Source of the DNA: Cyanobacteria bacterium P01_A01_bin.123
GTDB lineage: Bacteria > Cyanobacteriota > Cyanobacteriia > Phormidesmidales > Phormidesmidaceae
NCBI GenBank assembly: GCA_039815185.1
Contig: JBCBZT010000037.1
Span: 1 to 64,000, forward strand
Length of the DNA: 64,000 nt
Reading direction: 5' to 3'
Numbering within the stretch: position 1 is the first letter of the stretch; the number at the start of each line of letters is the position of its first letter. Shown in pieces: positions 31,466 through 40,059 of the stretch. The notes beneath the pieces are model-generated. The model was given only the letters and a program-made list of their open reading frames with translations, was not told the DNA's origin and searched no databases. The translations under genes and the position numbers were made by a program.

Positions 31466-33184
31466 TTATTTTGCCTTTGATGCTTTTTTAGCGGTGGCCT
31501 TGTCTTTTTGCTTTTGTCGCTTAGCAGCAGCCTTGGCGGCTTTTGCGGCTTCGATGGCAGTAAGGCGAGCTTTTTCTTCTGCTTCTTCGACTTTGTCTAG
31601 GTAGTACTGGTAATCACCTCGGTAGAGATGGAGTTCGCCGTCGCGGATTTCAACAATCTTGGTGGCGACTTTGGAAATAAAGTAACGATCGTGAGAAACA
31701 ATCAGCACTGTACCGTCGTAGTTTTGCAGTGCATCTTCTAAGGTTTCCTTGGCTGGGATGTCGAGGTGATTGGTCGGCTCATCTAGAATCAGTAAATTTG
31801 CTGGACACAGCAGCATCTTAGCCAGCGCAAGGCGGGCCTTTTCACCGCCGCTGAGGGCACTGACAGACTTAAACACCACATCTCCGCTAAACAAAAACTG
31901 TCCCAACAGCGTTCTGACCTCACCATTTTTCCAGTCAGGCACTTCGTCATGGATAGTGTCCATGACAGTTTTGCTGAGATCGAGGGCTTCAGCCTGATTT
32001 TGCTCAAAATAGCTGGGCATTACGTTGTGCTCTCCCAGCGTAACGCTGCCTTCTGTAGGCTTTTCTAGCCCCATCAGCAAACGCAGTAAGGTAGATTTAC
32101 CAGCACCATTGGGGCCTAGAAAAGCGATGCGATCGCCCCGTTCCACCAACAGATTGGCCCCTAAGAAGAGAATCTTTTCTCCATAGATGTGGGTTAGATC
32201 CTGAACTGTTACCACCTCACGACCACTACGAGGGGCAGGGGGAAATCGAAACTTCAAACCCCTAAGATCGGCTATGGGTGATTCGATGCGTTCGATTTTC
32301 TCTAGCTGCTTTTCACGGCTTTTGGCTTGGGTACTGCGGGTAGCACTGGCTCGGAAGCGTTCCACAAAAGCCTGCTGCTTTTCAATTTCCTTTTGCTGTT
32401 GCTCGTAGGCGCTGAGTTGGGCAGCGCTACTTTCGGCTTTTTGAGCCAGGTAGGTGCTGTAGTTACCTAAATAGGTGGTAGAAGTGCCCCGTTCTGTTTC
32501 AACAATTTGAGTACAGAGACGATCGAGAAACTCTCGGTCATGGGAAACAATCACCATGGGGGTATTCAAACCTTTGAGGTAGGTCTCTAGCCACTCAATG
32601 GTTTCGAGATCGAGGTGGTTAGTGGGCTCGTCAAGCAGTAGCAAGTCTGGCTTTAGCAACAGAATTTTGCCTAAACTCATTCGCATTTGCCAGCCACCAC
32701 TAAAGGCACTCACTAAGCGATCGCTGTCTTCGGCCCCAAATCCCATCTCAGGCAAAATTTTCTCAATCCGGGCGTCGAGACCATAGCCGTCAAGGGCTTC
32801 AAACTGACGCTGTAGCCTATCCATCTGATTGATTAATTTTTCAAGCTCATCGGGCTCTGCTTGCTCCATGCGGTGGGGCATTTCAGTTAAGGCATGGTGC
32901 ACGGCATTGGCTTCTTCAAAGACCGTCCAAAATTCTTCGCGCACGGTACGGCTGGGGTCAACTTCAAACTCTTGGGTCAGGTAGCCAATATGTAACTCTG
33001 CCGGACGCACAATCGTACCTGTGGTGGGTTCGATCAACCCCATGACGATTTTGAGCTGGGTTGATTTACCCGCACCATTGACACCCACTAACCCAATGCG
33101 ATCGCCGGGTTTGACTTCCCAGTTAACATCTTTGAGAATCTCCCCGGTGGGGTACATTTTGCTGATGTGTTCTAATCGCAGCAC
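31466..33184 (-). CDS. ABC-F family ATPase
   Basis: Two NBDs (GVNGAGKST, FSGGW, LDEPTNHLD; GPNGAGKST, LSGGEK) and no TM segments. Confidence 0.95.
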   Translation of the reverse strand: MLRLEHISKMYPTGEILKDVNWEVKPGDRIGLVGVNGAGKSTQLKIVMGLIEPTTGTIVRPAELHIGYLTQEFEVDPSRTVREEFWTVFEEANAVHHALTEMPHRMEQAEPDELEKLINQMDRLQRQFEALDGYGLDARIEKILPEMGFGAEDSDRLVSAFSGGWQMRMSLGKILLLKPDLLLLDEPTNHLDLETIEWLETYLKGLNTPMVIVSHDREFLDRLCTQIVETERGTSTTYLGNYSTYLAQKAESSAAQLSAYEQQQKEIEKQQAFVERFRASATRSTQAKSREKQLEKIERIESPIADLRGLKFRFPPAPRSGREVVTVQDLTHIYGEKILFLGANLLVERGDRIAFLGPNGAGKSTLLRLLMGLEKPTEGSVTLGEHNVMPSYFEQNQAEALDLSKTVMDTIHDEVPDWKNGEVRTLLGQFLFSGDVVFKSVSALSGGEKARLALAKMLLCPANLLILDEPTNHLDIPAKETLEDALQNYDGTVLIVSHDRYFISKVATKIVEIRDGELHLYRGDYQYYLDKVEEAEEKARLTAIEAAKAAKAAAKRQKQKDKATAKKASKAK

Positions 33185-33421
33185 TGTTCCCCATCCCCTT
33201 GTTTAAAGTCTTCAGTCAACTTTGCCACCAATCAGATCCCCCTCAGGCAGGAATTTATACGGCAGCGGAGCCCATCGGCAGCAAGCAGCCATCAAGACCT
33301 TAACAAATTTTCTTAACAAATTGTAAGTGACCAAATCACATCCGATTTGAGTAGGGTCACATAGCTGTGCACACGCTACAGAAAAACTATAGAGCTGGAT
33401 GGGGAAGAGGGGTTAGGTCAA

Positions 33422-34159
33422 TCATTCAGCCCTGGCATCAGTAACCGATTGATCAACGATTGCGTCAAGCTCTACTGACGTCAAAAATTCTTGCCAGCGC
33501 TGCTGAATATCAACATCTTCAGGATTCTCGTTACGCAGGGCAACAAAACTGTCTAGCGCATCAAACCAAAAACCATTTTCGGCATATAAACGGGCCTGCT
33601 GGGATAAATCTGCATTCGCCAGTTGAGCCACAAGCTCATCTTCAGGGGCAACTCGCTGTACCCAACTCAACGTCCGCAAAGCTGCTCGAGGACTATTGAC
33701 ATCACAAATTAGCGCCACCGACCACTGATAGTCTTGGCCATAGTCGAGGGGAGCAACACCGACATCTTCAGGCAATGAAAATCTGACAATCCCCGCTGTT
33801 TGCTGAGACGGCATTACCGAGCGGTAGAGCAGTTGGCGATTTTCACCCGTTGCGTCGGTCTTAAACAGACTAAATTCCATCAGGGGAGACGTGTTGTTAG
33901 GCACGTAGGCATAAAAATTTGGATAATCTTGGGTGGTATAGCCCAAATTAGAGTCTGGAATCATCGCCATCAGCCGGGGGGGGACCCCAGACAAACAACC
34001 CCTCACACCTCCCCCAACCCGGTTTCCAGGTCTACCGGGGTTGCTCGGGACAAAGCCGTTGGCCAAAACGGCAGGGGCAAAGATCCCTGACATCATCCAG
34101 ATGAAACTAACCAACAGGCCAACGAGAACATTACGGGAGCATCCCTTGCAAAAAGTCAT
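33422..34159 (-). CDS. DUF928 domain protein
   Basis: Signal peptide, GGGVRGC, YPNFYAYVP, YQWSVALIC and YAENGFWFDAL. Confidence 0.85.
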   Translation of the reverse strand: MTFCKGCSRNVLVGLLVSFIWMMSGIFAPAVLANGFVPSNPGRPGNRVGGGVRGCLSGVPPRLMAMIPDSNLGYTTQDYPNFYAYVPNNTSPLMEFSLFKTDATGENRQLLYRSVMPSQQTAGIVRFSLPEDVGVAPLDYGQDYQWSVALICDVNSPRAALRTLSWVQRVAPEDELVAQLANADLSQQARLYAENGFWFDALDSFVALRNENPEDVDIQQRWQEFLTSVELDAIVDQSVTDARAE

Positions 34160-34294
34160 AGCTTTGGATGTGAGCGATTTGTTTTGAAGCAGAGCAAACT
34201 GTCAAATTTGGTAGTTACCTTTGTATTATCCGCCTTCGATGAATAGTCTTCCGGCTGGTTACAATTTTTGAGTCGGATCCTCAAATGAGCAACT

Positions 34295-34990
34295 GTGAAA
34301 AATGCGTTAGTTATTGTCCATCAAGACACCTCTGATTCAGGTCGCATCGGCCAAATTTTAAGCCAGCGGGGTTATCAGCTCGATCAGCGTTGCCCAGCTA
34401 TCGGTGACGCCTTACCCGAAACCCGAGAGGCGATCGCAGCCTATGATGCCATTGTCGTCTTTGGTGGCCCTATGAGCGCTAATGATGATGACACCCTACC
34501 GTTTATTCGGCAAGAAATGGACTTAATTGCCCAGGTGGTGAAAGCCGAGCGACCCTTTTTGGGAATTTGTTTGGGGGCACAACTGCTAGCTCGGGTCTTA
34601 GGCAGCCGCGTCTCACCTCACCCAGATGCCATGCGAGAAATTGGCTATCACCCGATTGACCCAACCTCAGCAGGACAAGCTTGGTTTGATCAACCGATGC
34701 ACGTTTATCAATGGCACAAAGAAGGCTTCGATCTGCCTGCAGGTGCAACGTTGCTTGCTACGGGGCAAACCTTTGTCAATCAAGCGTTTCGCTATGGTAA
34801 ATCGGCTTATGGATTGCAATTTCATCCCGAAATTACTCGCAATATGATCGAAACTTGGACAACTAAAGCTGCTGATCAACTGGTGTTACCCGGGGCAAAG
34901 TCCCAAGCCTCCCACTTTAGCGATCATGACACCTACGAAGCCGAAGTATGTCGGTGGCTCAATCAATTCATCGATCAATGGTTCTCGTGA
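34295..34990 (+). CDS. Class I glutamine amidotransferase-like protein
   Basis: GGPMSAND, LGICLGAQL, QWH and LQFHPE. Confidence 0.92.
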   Translation: MKNALVIVHQDTSDSGRIGQILSQRGYQLDQRCPAIGDALPETREAIAAYDAIVVFGGPMSANDDDTLPFIRQEMDLIAQVVKAERPFLGICLGAQLLARVLGSRVSPHPDAMREIGYHPIDPTSAGQAWFDQPMHVYQWHKEGFDLPAGATLLATGQTFVNQAFRYGKSAYGLQFHPEITRNMIETWTTKAADQLVLPGAKSQASHFSDHDTYEAEVCRWLNQFIDQWFS

Positions 34991-35032
34991 CTGGGCACAT
35001 GGCACAATGAGTTGTCCTCAAGCATCGGGTCT

Positions 35033-35383
35033 ATGTCTTCACAGATTACGCTCAACTTATTAGAAGGCTCTGTTCGCATGAGTTTTTCGGTGAATGCGGC
35101 CCGTGAACTCAAAGCAGCCTTGGGTGATTTGGTGTCAAAACTTAAAGCGATCGCGTTGGCAAAGTCGGGCAGAAGTGGGGCGATATCACCTCAAAAACCA
35201 ATGGAGTTTCGCCATGCGGGAGAAATCTTTTTAGAGGTATTTTGCAACCCCAACATTTGGCCTAGCCCATTTGCAGCCAAGGTGTTGTTAACCGTACGCG
35301 ATGATCGCATTCGCCTCAGTACCGAAGCTGAGTTGACGCGCTTAATTGAAGACGTAAACCAGTATTTAGAGCAGGTAGACTGA
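35033..35383 (+). CDS. Conserved cyanobacterial hypothetical protein (ORF extends to 35012)
   Basis: FLEVFCNPNIWPSPFAAKVLLTVRDDRIRLSTEAEL motif. Confidence 0.75.
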   Translation: MSSQITLNLLEGSVRMSFSVNAARELKAALGDLVSKLKAIALAKSGRSGAISPQKPMEFRHAGEIFLEVFCNPNIWPSPFAAKVLLTVRDDRIRLSTEAELTRLIEDVNQYLEQVD

Positions 35384-35584
35384 CGGGCGGCTAGCCCATC
35401 AACGTGGGAAATTGTGTTCTATAAGGCAAGGTAGAATGAAGGCGATCGCTAGTATGAGTTCTAATGCCCTGTTAATTGGCTATTGATGAAGATTACTGGC
35501 GTATAGGGCGCAACGGCCCTCTAGGATTAATCCCTGACCTTCGCATACTGTTGTTGTTGTTGCACGAGCATTGCAGAGCCACCC

Positions 35585-35971
35585 ATGAATCCTGATAACA
35601 TCGGCGAAATTCTACAGAAAGGACTACACGTCACACTAGGGGCGACCGCAACCCTAGTTGAAGCGATTCAAGACCCTGCCAAGCAAAGCGAGAGATTTTC
35701 TGAAATCAACGGCGACTGGAATCGTTTGGCAGAAGACCTCGCGATTAAAGGGCAAACGACAGAGGACGAAGCGCGCACGTTCGTTGATGGCGTGATGGCC
35801 CAAATGCCCAATCCTTTTACACCCGGTGGCACACCGGGCACCGCGACGGTAGATACCGTGGCCAGACCCACAACCGATCCGGGCATGCAGGCAGAGTTGG
35901 AAGATCTAACGCAGCAACTGGCTGTCTTGCGTCAAGAAATTGAGAACTTACGAAATAATCCTGACGCTTAG
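35585..35971 (+). CDS. Hypothetical protein (phasin-like coiled coil)
   Basis: LQKGLHVTLGAT...KGQTTEDEARTFVD with a C-terminal coiled coil. Confidence 0.7.
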   Translation: MNPDNIGEILQKGLHVTLGATATLVEAIQDPAKQSERFSEINGDWNRLAEDLAIKGQTTEDEARTFVDGVMAQMPNPFTPGGTPGTATVDTVARPTTDPGMQAELEDLTQQLAVLRQEIENLRNNPDA

Positions 35972-36071
35972 CGTTGATAGCGTTTTCTAGACAGCCTTGC
36001 CCCGTTAGCGGTGAGGCTGTTTGTTTATTGGCAAGACGGACGCTACCGCTGGTACTGCGGCGGCTGAGATT

Positions 36072-36365
36072 TTGGCGATAGACGATGCTTTAGCGGTACT
36101 CGATAGCCTCTCGCCTACCCCACCCCTAACAACGTTACAAGCGCAGCTCATCCGGGGCACTTGGGATAGGGTTGACCTATGGCGACATTGCTCAAAAAAC
36201 GGGTTATGACACCGACTACCTCAAGTTTGTAGGGAGCCAGCTTTGGCGGGCGCTTTCAAAGCGCCTGAATCAACCCGTCAGCAAGTCTAACTTCTGTCTA
36301 ACTTCTGGGCTGTGCTGAACCAGCAAAACCAGGCTCAGGTCTTGACAGCGGCCTGTCTACACTGA
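36072..36365 (+). pseudogene. Disrupted remnant of the N-terminal HTH domain found on cyanobacterial NB-ARC/NACHT/WD40 proteins
   Basis: Reconstructed MAIDDALAVLDSL...LQAQLIRGTWD/GLTYGDIAQKTGYDTDYLKFVGSQLWRALSKRLNQPVSKSNFWAVL requires removing a +1 base near 36168 and an 11-bp duplication (GTCTAACTTCT x2, 36285-36306). Confidence 0.75.
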
Positions 36366-36457
36366 CCTCAAATTGCCCGCATCGATTACGGCATGTCTGA
36401 AACAACCCAAGTTGTGATTCGAGGTAAGAACGAAACCTATAGCAAATCACTTTGAAA

Positions 36458-36721
36458 CTACTTCACCGAAAAAGGAGTGGCGTAAATTCGAGCAATGCTA
36501 AATTCCAGTGTGGTCGTCTGGTTCTCCCAGGCGAGTCTTTCAATCACAATATCAGCATGGGCCAGCCAGTTTTCGTCCACGAGGCAGATAGGCACATCCA
36601 ACGGAAAGAGACGATACCCCTCTTTTTGAACTTGATGGCAGGCACCTATTGCTAATAAGGCAGGATAGCCCTGGGTAGGCTTGAGTTTTAGGATGCTGTT
36701 GATTTCGCAGGGCATTCCCAT
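36458..36721 (-). CDS. DUF2584-like small protein
   Basis: MGMPCEINSILKL...KEGYRLFPLDVPI motif. Confidence 0.7.
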   Translation of the reverse strand: MGMPCEINSILKLKPTQGYPALLAIGACHQVQKEGYRLFPLDVPICLVDENWLAHADIVIERLAWENQTTTLEFSIARIYATPFSVK

Positions 36722-36825
36722 GGGCGATCGCGCTGAATGGTGAGGTCAAGGGTGCTTAAGCGGTCAACATTTACCACACCGCTAGCATCATGTATAGCAG
36801 TAGCCACAAAGCTTTGTGCGCTACC

Positions 36826-36893
36826 GCGAGCCAGATTGCTTGTGGACTAAGCATCCTGGCGATACTCGGTGCATTAAGCAATCTGGCCAGCGC
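36826..36893. repeat. Long imperfect hairpin immediately 3' of guaD
   Basis: GCCAGATTGCTT...AAGCAATCTGGC arms with further imperfect pairing; a second palindrome CACAAAGCTTTGTG at 36805-36818. Confidence 0.55.
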
Positions 36894-36902
36894 CATATCT
36901 CC

Positions 36903-38252
36903 TTAAGACCGCTCATAGGCCAACTCTCCTAAAATATAAGTCGCCTGCACGGCACGATCATCCCCCATCATCACCAATGAAAAGGCCCGATCTGCCAGTT
37001 CCTTTAGAGAACTTGGGGGTGAGGGGGTGTTGCGAAAGGCCATCAGCGGCGTCGCGCGCGGATCGAGCACGATAAAGTCTGCCGCTTTACCGACATCAAA
37101 ACTGCCAATAGTGTCATCCAGATAGAGTGCCCTCGCGCCGCCCAGGGTCGCTAGAAACAAAGCTTTAAAAGGGGAAAGCTTTTGTCGGCGCAGCTGCGCC
37201 ACTTTGTAAGCCTCATTAGCGGTTTGCAGGATGGAAAAGCTCGTTCCTGCGCCAACATCTGTCCCTAGGCCAACTTTGACGGGGTGCTCTGTTGATTTTG
37301 CCTGCTCTAGTTTGAACAGACCGCTACCGAGAAACAAATTTGAGGTCGGGCAAAAAGCAATGGCTGCCTGGGCCTCCGAAAGCCGTTGAAATTCGGCATC
37401 AGTGAGTTGAACCCCGTGGGCAAAGACCGATCGCGCTTTCACCAGCCCCGCCTGATCGTAAGCATCAAGATAGCCCTGGCAATCTGGAAAAAGCTGTTTC
37501 ACCCAGGCCACTTCATCCACGTTCTCACAAAGATGGGTGTGCAGATAGACGTCTGGAAACTCCGCCAACAGCTGCCCCGCTAACCGCAATTGTTCATCGG
37601 TGGAGGTAATTGCAAAACGAGGCGTGACCGCATAACGCAAGCGTCCCTGCTTATGCCATTTCTGAATCAGCGCCTTAGACTCCTGATAAGACGACACCGC
37701 TGAGTCACAGATAAAGTCTGGTGCGTTGCGATCCATCATTACCTTGCCCGCAATCATGCAGAGGTTGCGATGCTCGGCAGCCTCAAAGAAGGCATCCACA
37801 GACTGCGGAAACACTGAGGCAAATACCAGCGCGGTGGTCGTACCATTCCGCAGCAGTTCATCTAGAAAGATCTCCGCCACCTCACGGGCGTAGGCCTTGT
37901 CTTCAAATTTGCGTTCTGTGGGGAAGGTGTACTGATTGAGCCACTCCAGCAGTTGTTCGCCATAGGCTGCAATCATCCCAGTTTGGGGATAGTGAATATG
38001 GGTATCGATAAATCCCGGTAGGATCAACCGTTCGGGATAGACCGTCGTGGGCACCTCGCCATACTCGGCTTGCAGCTCGGCATAGGCTCCAAAGGCCTTG
38101 ATCTTGCCATCCGCCAGCACCATCAGTCCATCGGCACAATAACGGACGCTGTCTTCTTCAGACACATAAAAGGGATCGTCTACAAAATCTAGAAACGATC
38201 CGCGAATGGCTTTGAGGCGATGCTGACCCGATTGGCTTGCTAGAAAGGGCAT
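36903..38252 (-). CDS. guaD: Guanine deaminase (ATG 38252 likely; ORF extends to 38324 through a repeat tract)
   Basis: PGFIDTHIHYPQ, AYGEQLLEWL..YTFP.E, YAVTPRFA, HTHLCEN, CPTSNLFLGSG and GTDVGAG. Confidence 0.96.
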   Translation of the reverse strand: MPFLASQSGQHRLKAIRGSFLDFVDDPFYVSEEDSVRYCADGLMVLADGKIKAFGAYAELQAEYGEVPTTVYPERLILPGFIDTHIHYPQTGMIAAYGEQLLEWLNQYTFPTERKFEDKAYAREVAEIFLDELLRNGTTTALVFASVFPQSVDAFFEAAEHRNLCMIAGKVMMDRNAPDFICDSAVSSYQESKALIQKWHKQGRLRYAVTPRFAITSTDEQLRLAGQLLAEFPDVYLHTHLCENVDEVAWVKQLFPDCQGYLDAYDQAGLVKARSVFAHGVQLTDAEFQRLSEAQAAIAFCPTSNLFLGSGLFKLEQAKSTEHPVKVGLGTDVGAGTSFSILQTANEAYKVAQLRRQKLSPFKALFLATLGGARALYLDDTIGSFDVGKAADFIVLDPRATPLMAFRNTPSPPSSLKELADRAFSLVMMGDDRAVQATYILGELAYERS

Positions 38253-38259
38253 CTGAGGA

Positions 38260-38307
38260 GGGGGGAACAGGGGGGATGGGGGGATAGGGAGCTTGGGAGC
38301 AGGGGGG
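38260..38307 (+). repeat. G-rich short tandem repeat tract (STRR-like)
   Basis: GGGGGGAACAGGGGGGATGGGGGGATAGGGAGCTTGGGAGCAGGGGGG, with six G-runs. Confidence 0.7.
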
Positions 38308-38354
38308 ATGAGAAAAAGAGTCATCCACTCTCATCCTCCCATGCATGGCTTCTA

Positions 38355-38675
38355 CTAGCTGCCCTGGTAGGACTGTTGCTCGCTCTGATAGGACTGCTCC
38401 TGCTGGGCATACTGGCTCTCTTGAGTACTGTCTTGGGCAGCAGCCTGATTTGACTGGTTATTGGCGTAGCTATAGTCGCTGGCGTCTTGGGTTTGGCCAT
38501 ACTCAGTTTGACCGCTAGATTGGTCGCCAGATTGGGCATAGGACTGGCTGGCTTGCTGATTTTGGCTGTAGTCTTGAGCACCAGCCGTAGCGGATAGGGG
38601 TGCCCAAAGGACTGTGCTGACTGCGATAAATGCGATCGCGATCGCGACGAATATTCTACGAATCATCTTCTTCAT
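38355..38675 (-). CDS. Secreted Gln/Ser/Tyr-rich low-complexity protein
   Basis: AGGAG RBS; Sec-type signal (MKKMIRR + hydrophobic core + ATA/AGA); mature part dominated by Q, S, Y, A, D, E. Confidence 0.75.
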   Translation of the reverse strand: MKKMIRRIFVAIAIAFIAVSTVLWAPLSATAGAQDYSQNQQASQSYAQSGDQSSGQTEYGQTQDASDYSYANNQSNQAAAQDSTQESQYAQQEQSYQSEQQSYQGS

Positions 38676-38789
38676 ATCTCCTAAGGATTGAATTTGATTA
38701 CACGGATGGGGAATATCGCAACCCGCAGCGTTTTCATTTAAAAACGGATGGCCAATAGTGACCCAAGTAGTAGTGGCTCAAGCCGTAGA

Positions 38790-39887
38790 TCAGTCCACTG
38801 GGGCATCGACTTCTGCACCGTCAGAGCCTGGTACCACAACTTCAACAGTGCCACCCGATTGAGCCCTCAACCCCCGCGTCAAAGTGGCAACCGCTGCGGC
38901 AATCTGCTGCCGCTGATTCACCAAATAGACACTCACCAGCGTCAGGGCAACCCCAATCCACTGGAGTTGAGTCAACTGCTCACCCAAAAACAGATTGCTG
39001 AACAGGAGCGCAAACACAGGGGTCAAGAAGATCAGTGCACTGACGCTAGTCATATTGCCATTGGCCGCGAGATAAAAGAACATGCCGTAGGTCAACGCCG
39101 TTCCGAATACAGTGGCATAGCCGAGGCCGAGCCAATCGCCTGGTAGCAAGTTAGAGACCTGATTGGTTTCCCACAAAACCGACATCACCGCCAGGGGAAT
39201 CCCCCCCAAGATCATGTGCCAGCCCGTGGCCACGATCGGGTCTGCATGACGTTTCACATAGCCAACGATGATCGTGCCTGCTGACATCGACAACGCTGAC
39301 AGCAGCATCAATAATTCACCACTTTGCAGCAGACCGGCGACATCCCAGCCCCCACCCTCAGCACTCTGGAGCCAGCTTCCGAGGGGAATGCCACTCTCCA
39401 TCAGGCTGTAAATCCACGCTTCAGGGAGTCCACACAGACTAATACCGGCAATGCCGATCGCCAAACCCAACCATCCCCACAGCCCAATTAGATTACCAAA
39501 GAGAATCCGGGCCAATAAAGCCACCACGAGCGGTTGAGCATCAATTAAAACCGCACCCAGCCCTGCGCCCGTATTCACCAGTCCAGTGGTCAGCAGCCCT
39601 TGGAACATGGCCCCATCCACTAGGGCAAATAGGCCAATCCACAGCCAGGCCTTCCACGTTTTAGGCTGGGGCAACTTTAAAGCTGCCGCCACAATTAGCG
39701 TCAAAATACCGGCGGGTAGCAACCGAAATGCCGCTAAAAATAGGGGCGATGTGTGAGGAATGATGAATTTCATCGCCACCATCGCCGTCCCCAGAAAGAA
39801 GAATGGCGCGACTAGAAAGATAGGCGATTTCGCCAAATCGGACTTCTGAATCTGCATAGGCGTGCGTGGGTTATCGTCTGTGGGCAT
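38790..39887 (-). CDS. EamA/DMT family transporter
   Basis: About 10 TM helices in two EamA repeats; PFFFLGTAMVAMK, QPL.VALLA and LIFLTPVFALLF. Confidence 0.92.
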   Translation of the reverse strand: MPTDDNPRTPMQIQKSDLAKSPIFLVAPFFFLGTAMVAMKFIIPHTSPLFLAAFRLLPAGILTLIVAAALKLPQPKTWKAWLWIGLFALVDGAMFQGLLTTGLVNTGAGLGAVLIDAQPLVVALLARILFGNLIGLWGWLGLAIGIAGISLCGLPEAWIYSLMESGIPLGSWLQSAEGGGWDVAGLLQSGELLMLLSALSMSAGTIIVGYVKRHADPIVATGWHMILGGIPLAVMSVLWETNQVSNLLPGDWLGLGYATVFGTALTYGMFFYLAANGNMTSVSALIFLTPVFALLFSNLFLGEQLTQLQWIGVALTLVSVYLVNQRQQIAAAVATLTRGLRAQSGGTVEVVVPGSDGAEVDAPVD

Positions 39888-39984
39888 TAATCACGGTCGA
39901 CCGTGACCCACCGATTCTAAGGGGACAGCAATGTCTGCGAACGACAAGCTCGTTACCGTATCGGAACTCTATTCCCTTGAGAAT

Positions 39985-40006
39985 TGTATACTGTATTTTG
40001 TATACA
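39985..40006. promoter_or_regulatory. Putative GntR operator upstream of the EamA gene
   Basis: TGTATACTGTATTTTGTATACA: three GTATAC-like units with 7-bp period. Confidence 0.6.
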
Positions 40007-40059
40007 ATAGGCCGCAAACTTCAGGATTTGCTGACAAGGTAGGGGCACTGAGAGACGAC

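Noticed and set aside
33326..33340. CRP-like site AGTGA-CCAAA-TCACA
   Set aside because: The spacer is 5 nt instead of the canonical 6.
36790..36893. Possible MITE/IS end (TATAGCAGTAGCCA) near the guaD hairpin
   Set aside because: No matching second terminal repeat, target duplication or transposase was found; kept only as a hairpin feature.
38253..38324. Pro-rich N-terminal extension of GuaD in the ORF track
   Set aside because: It results from in-frame read-through of a C-rich tandem repeat; the downstream ATG at 38252 fits the family length better.
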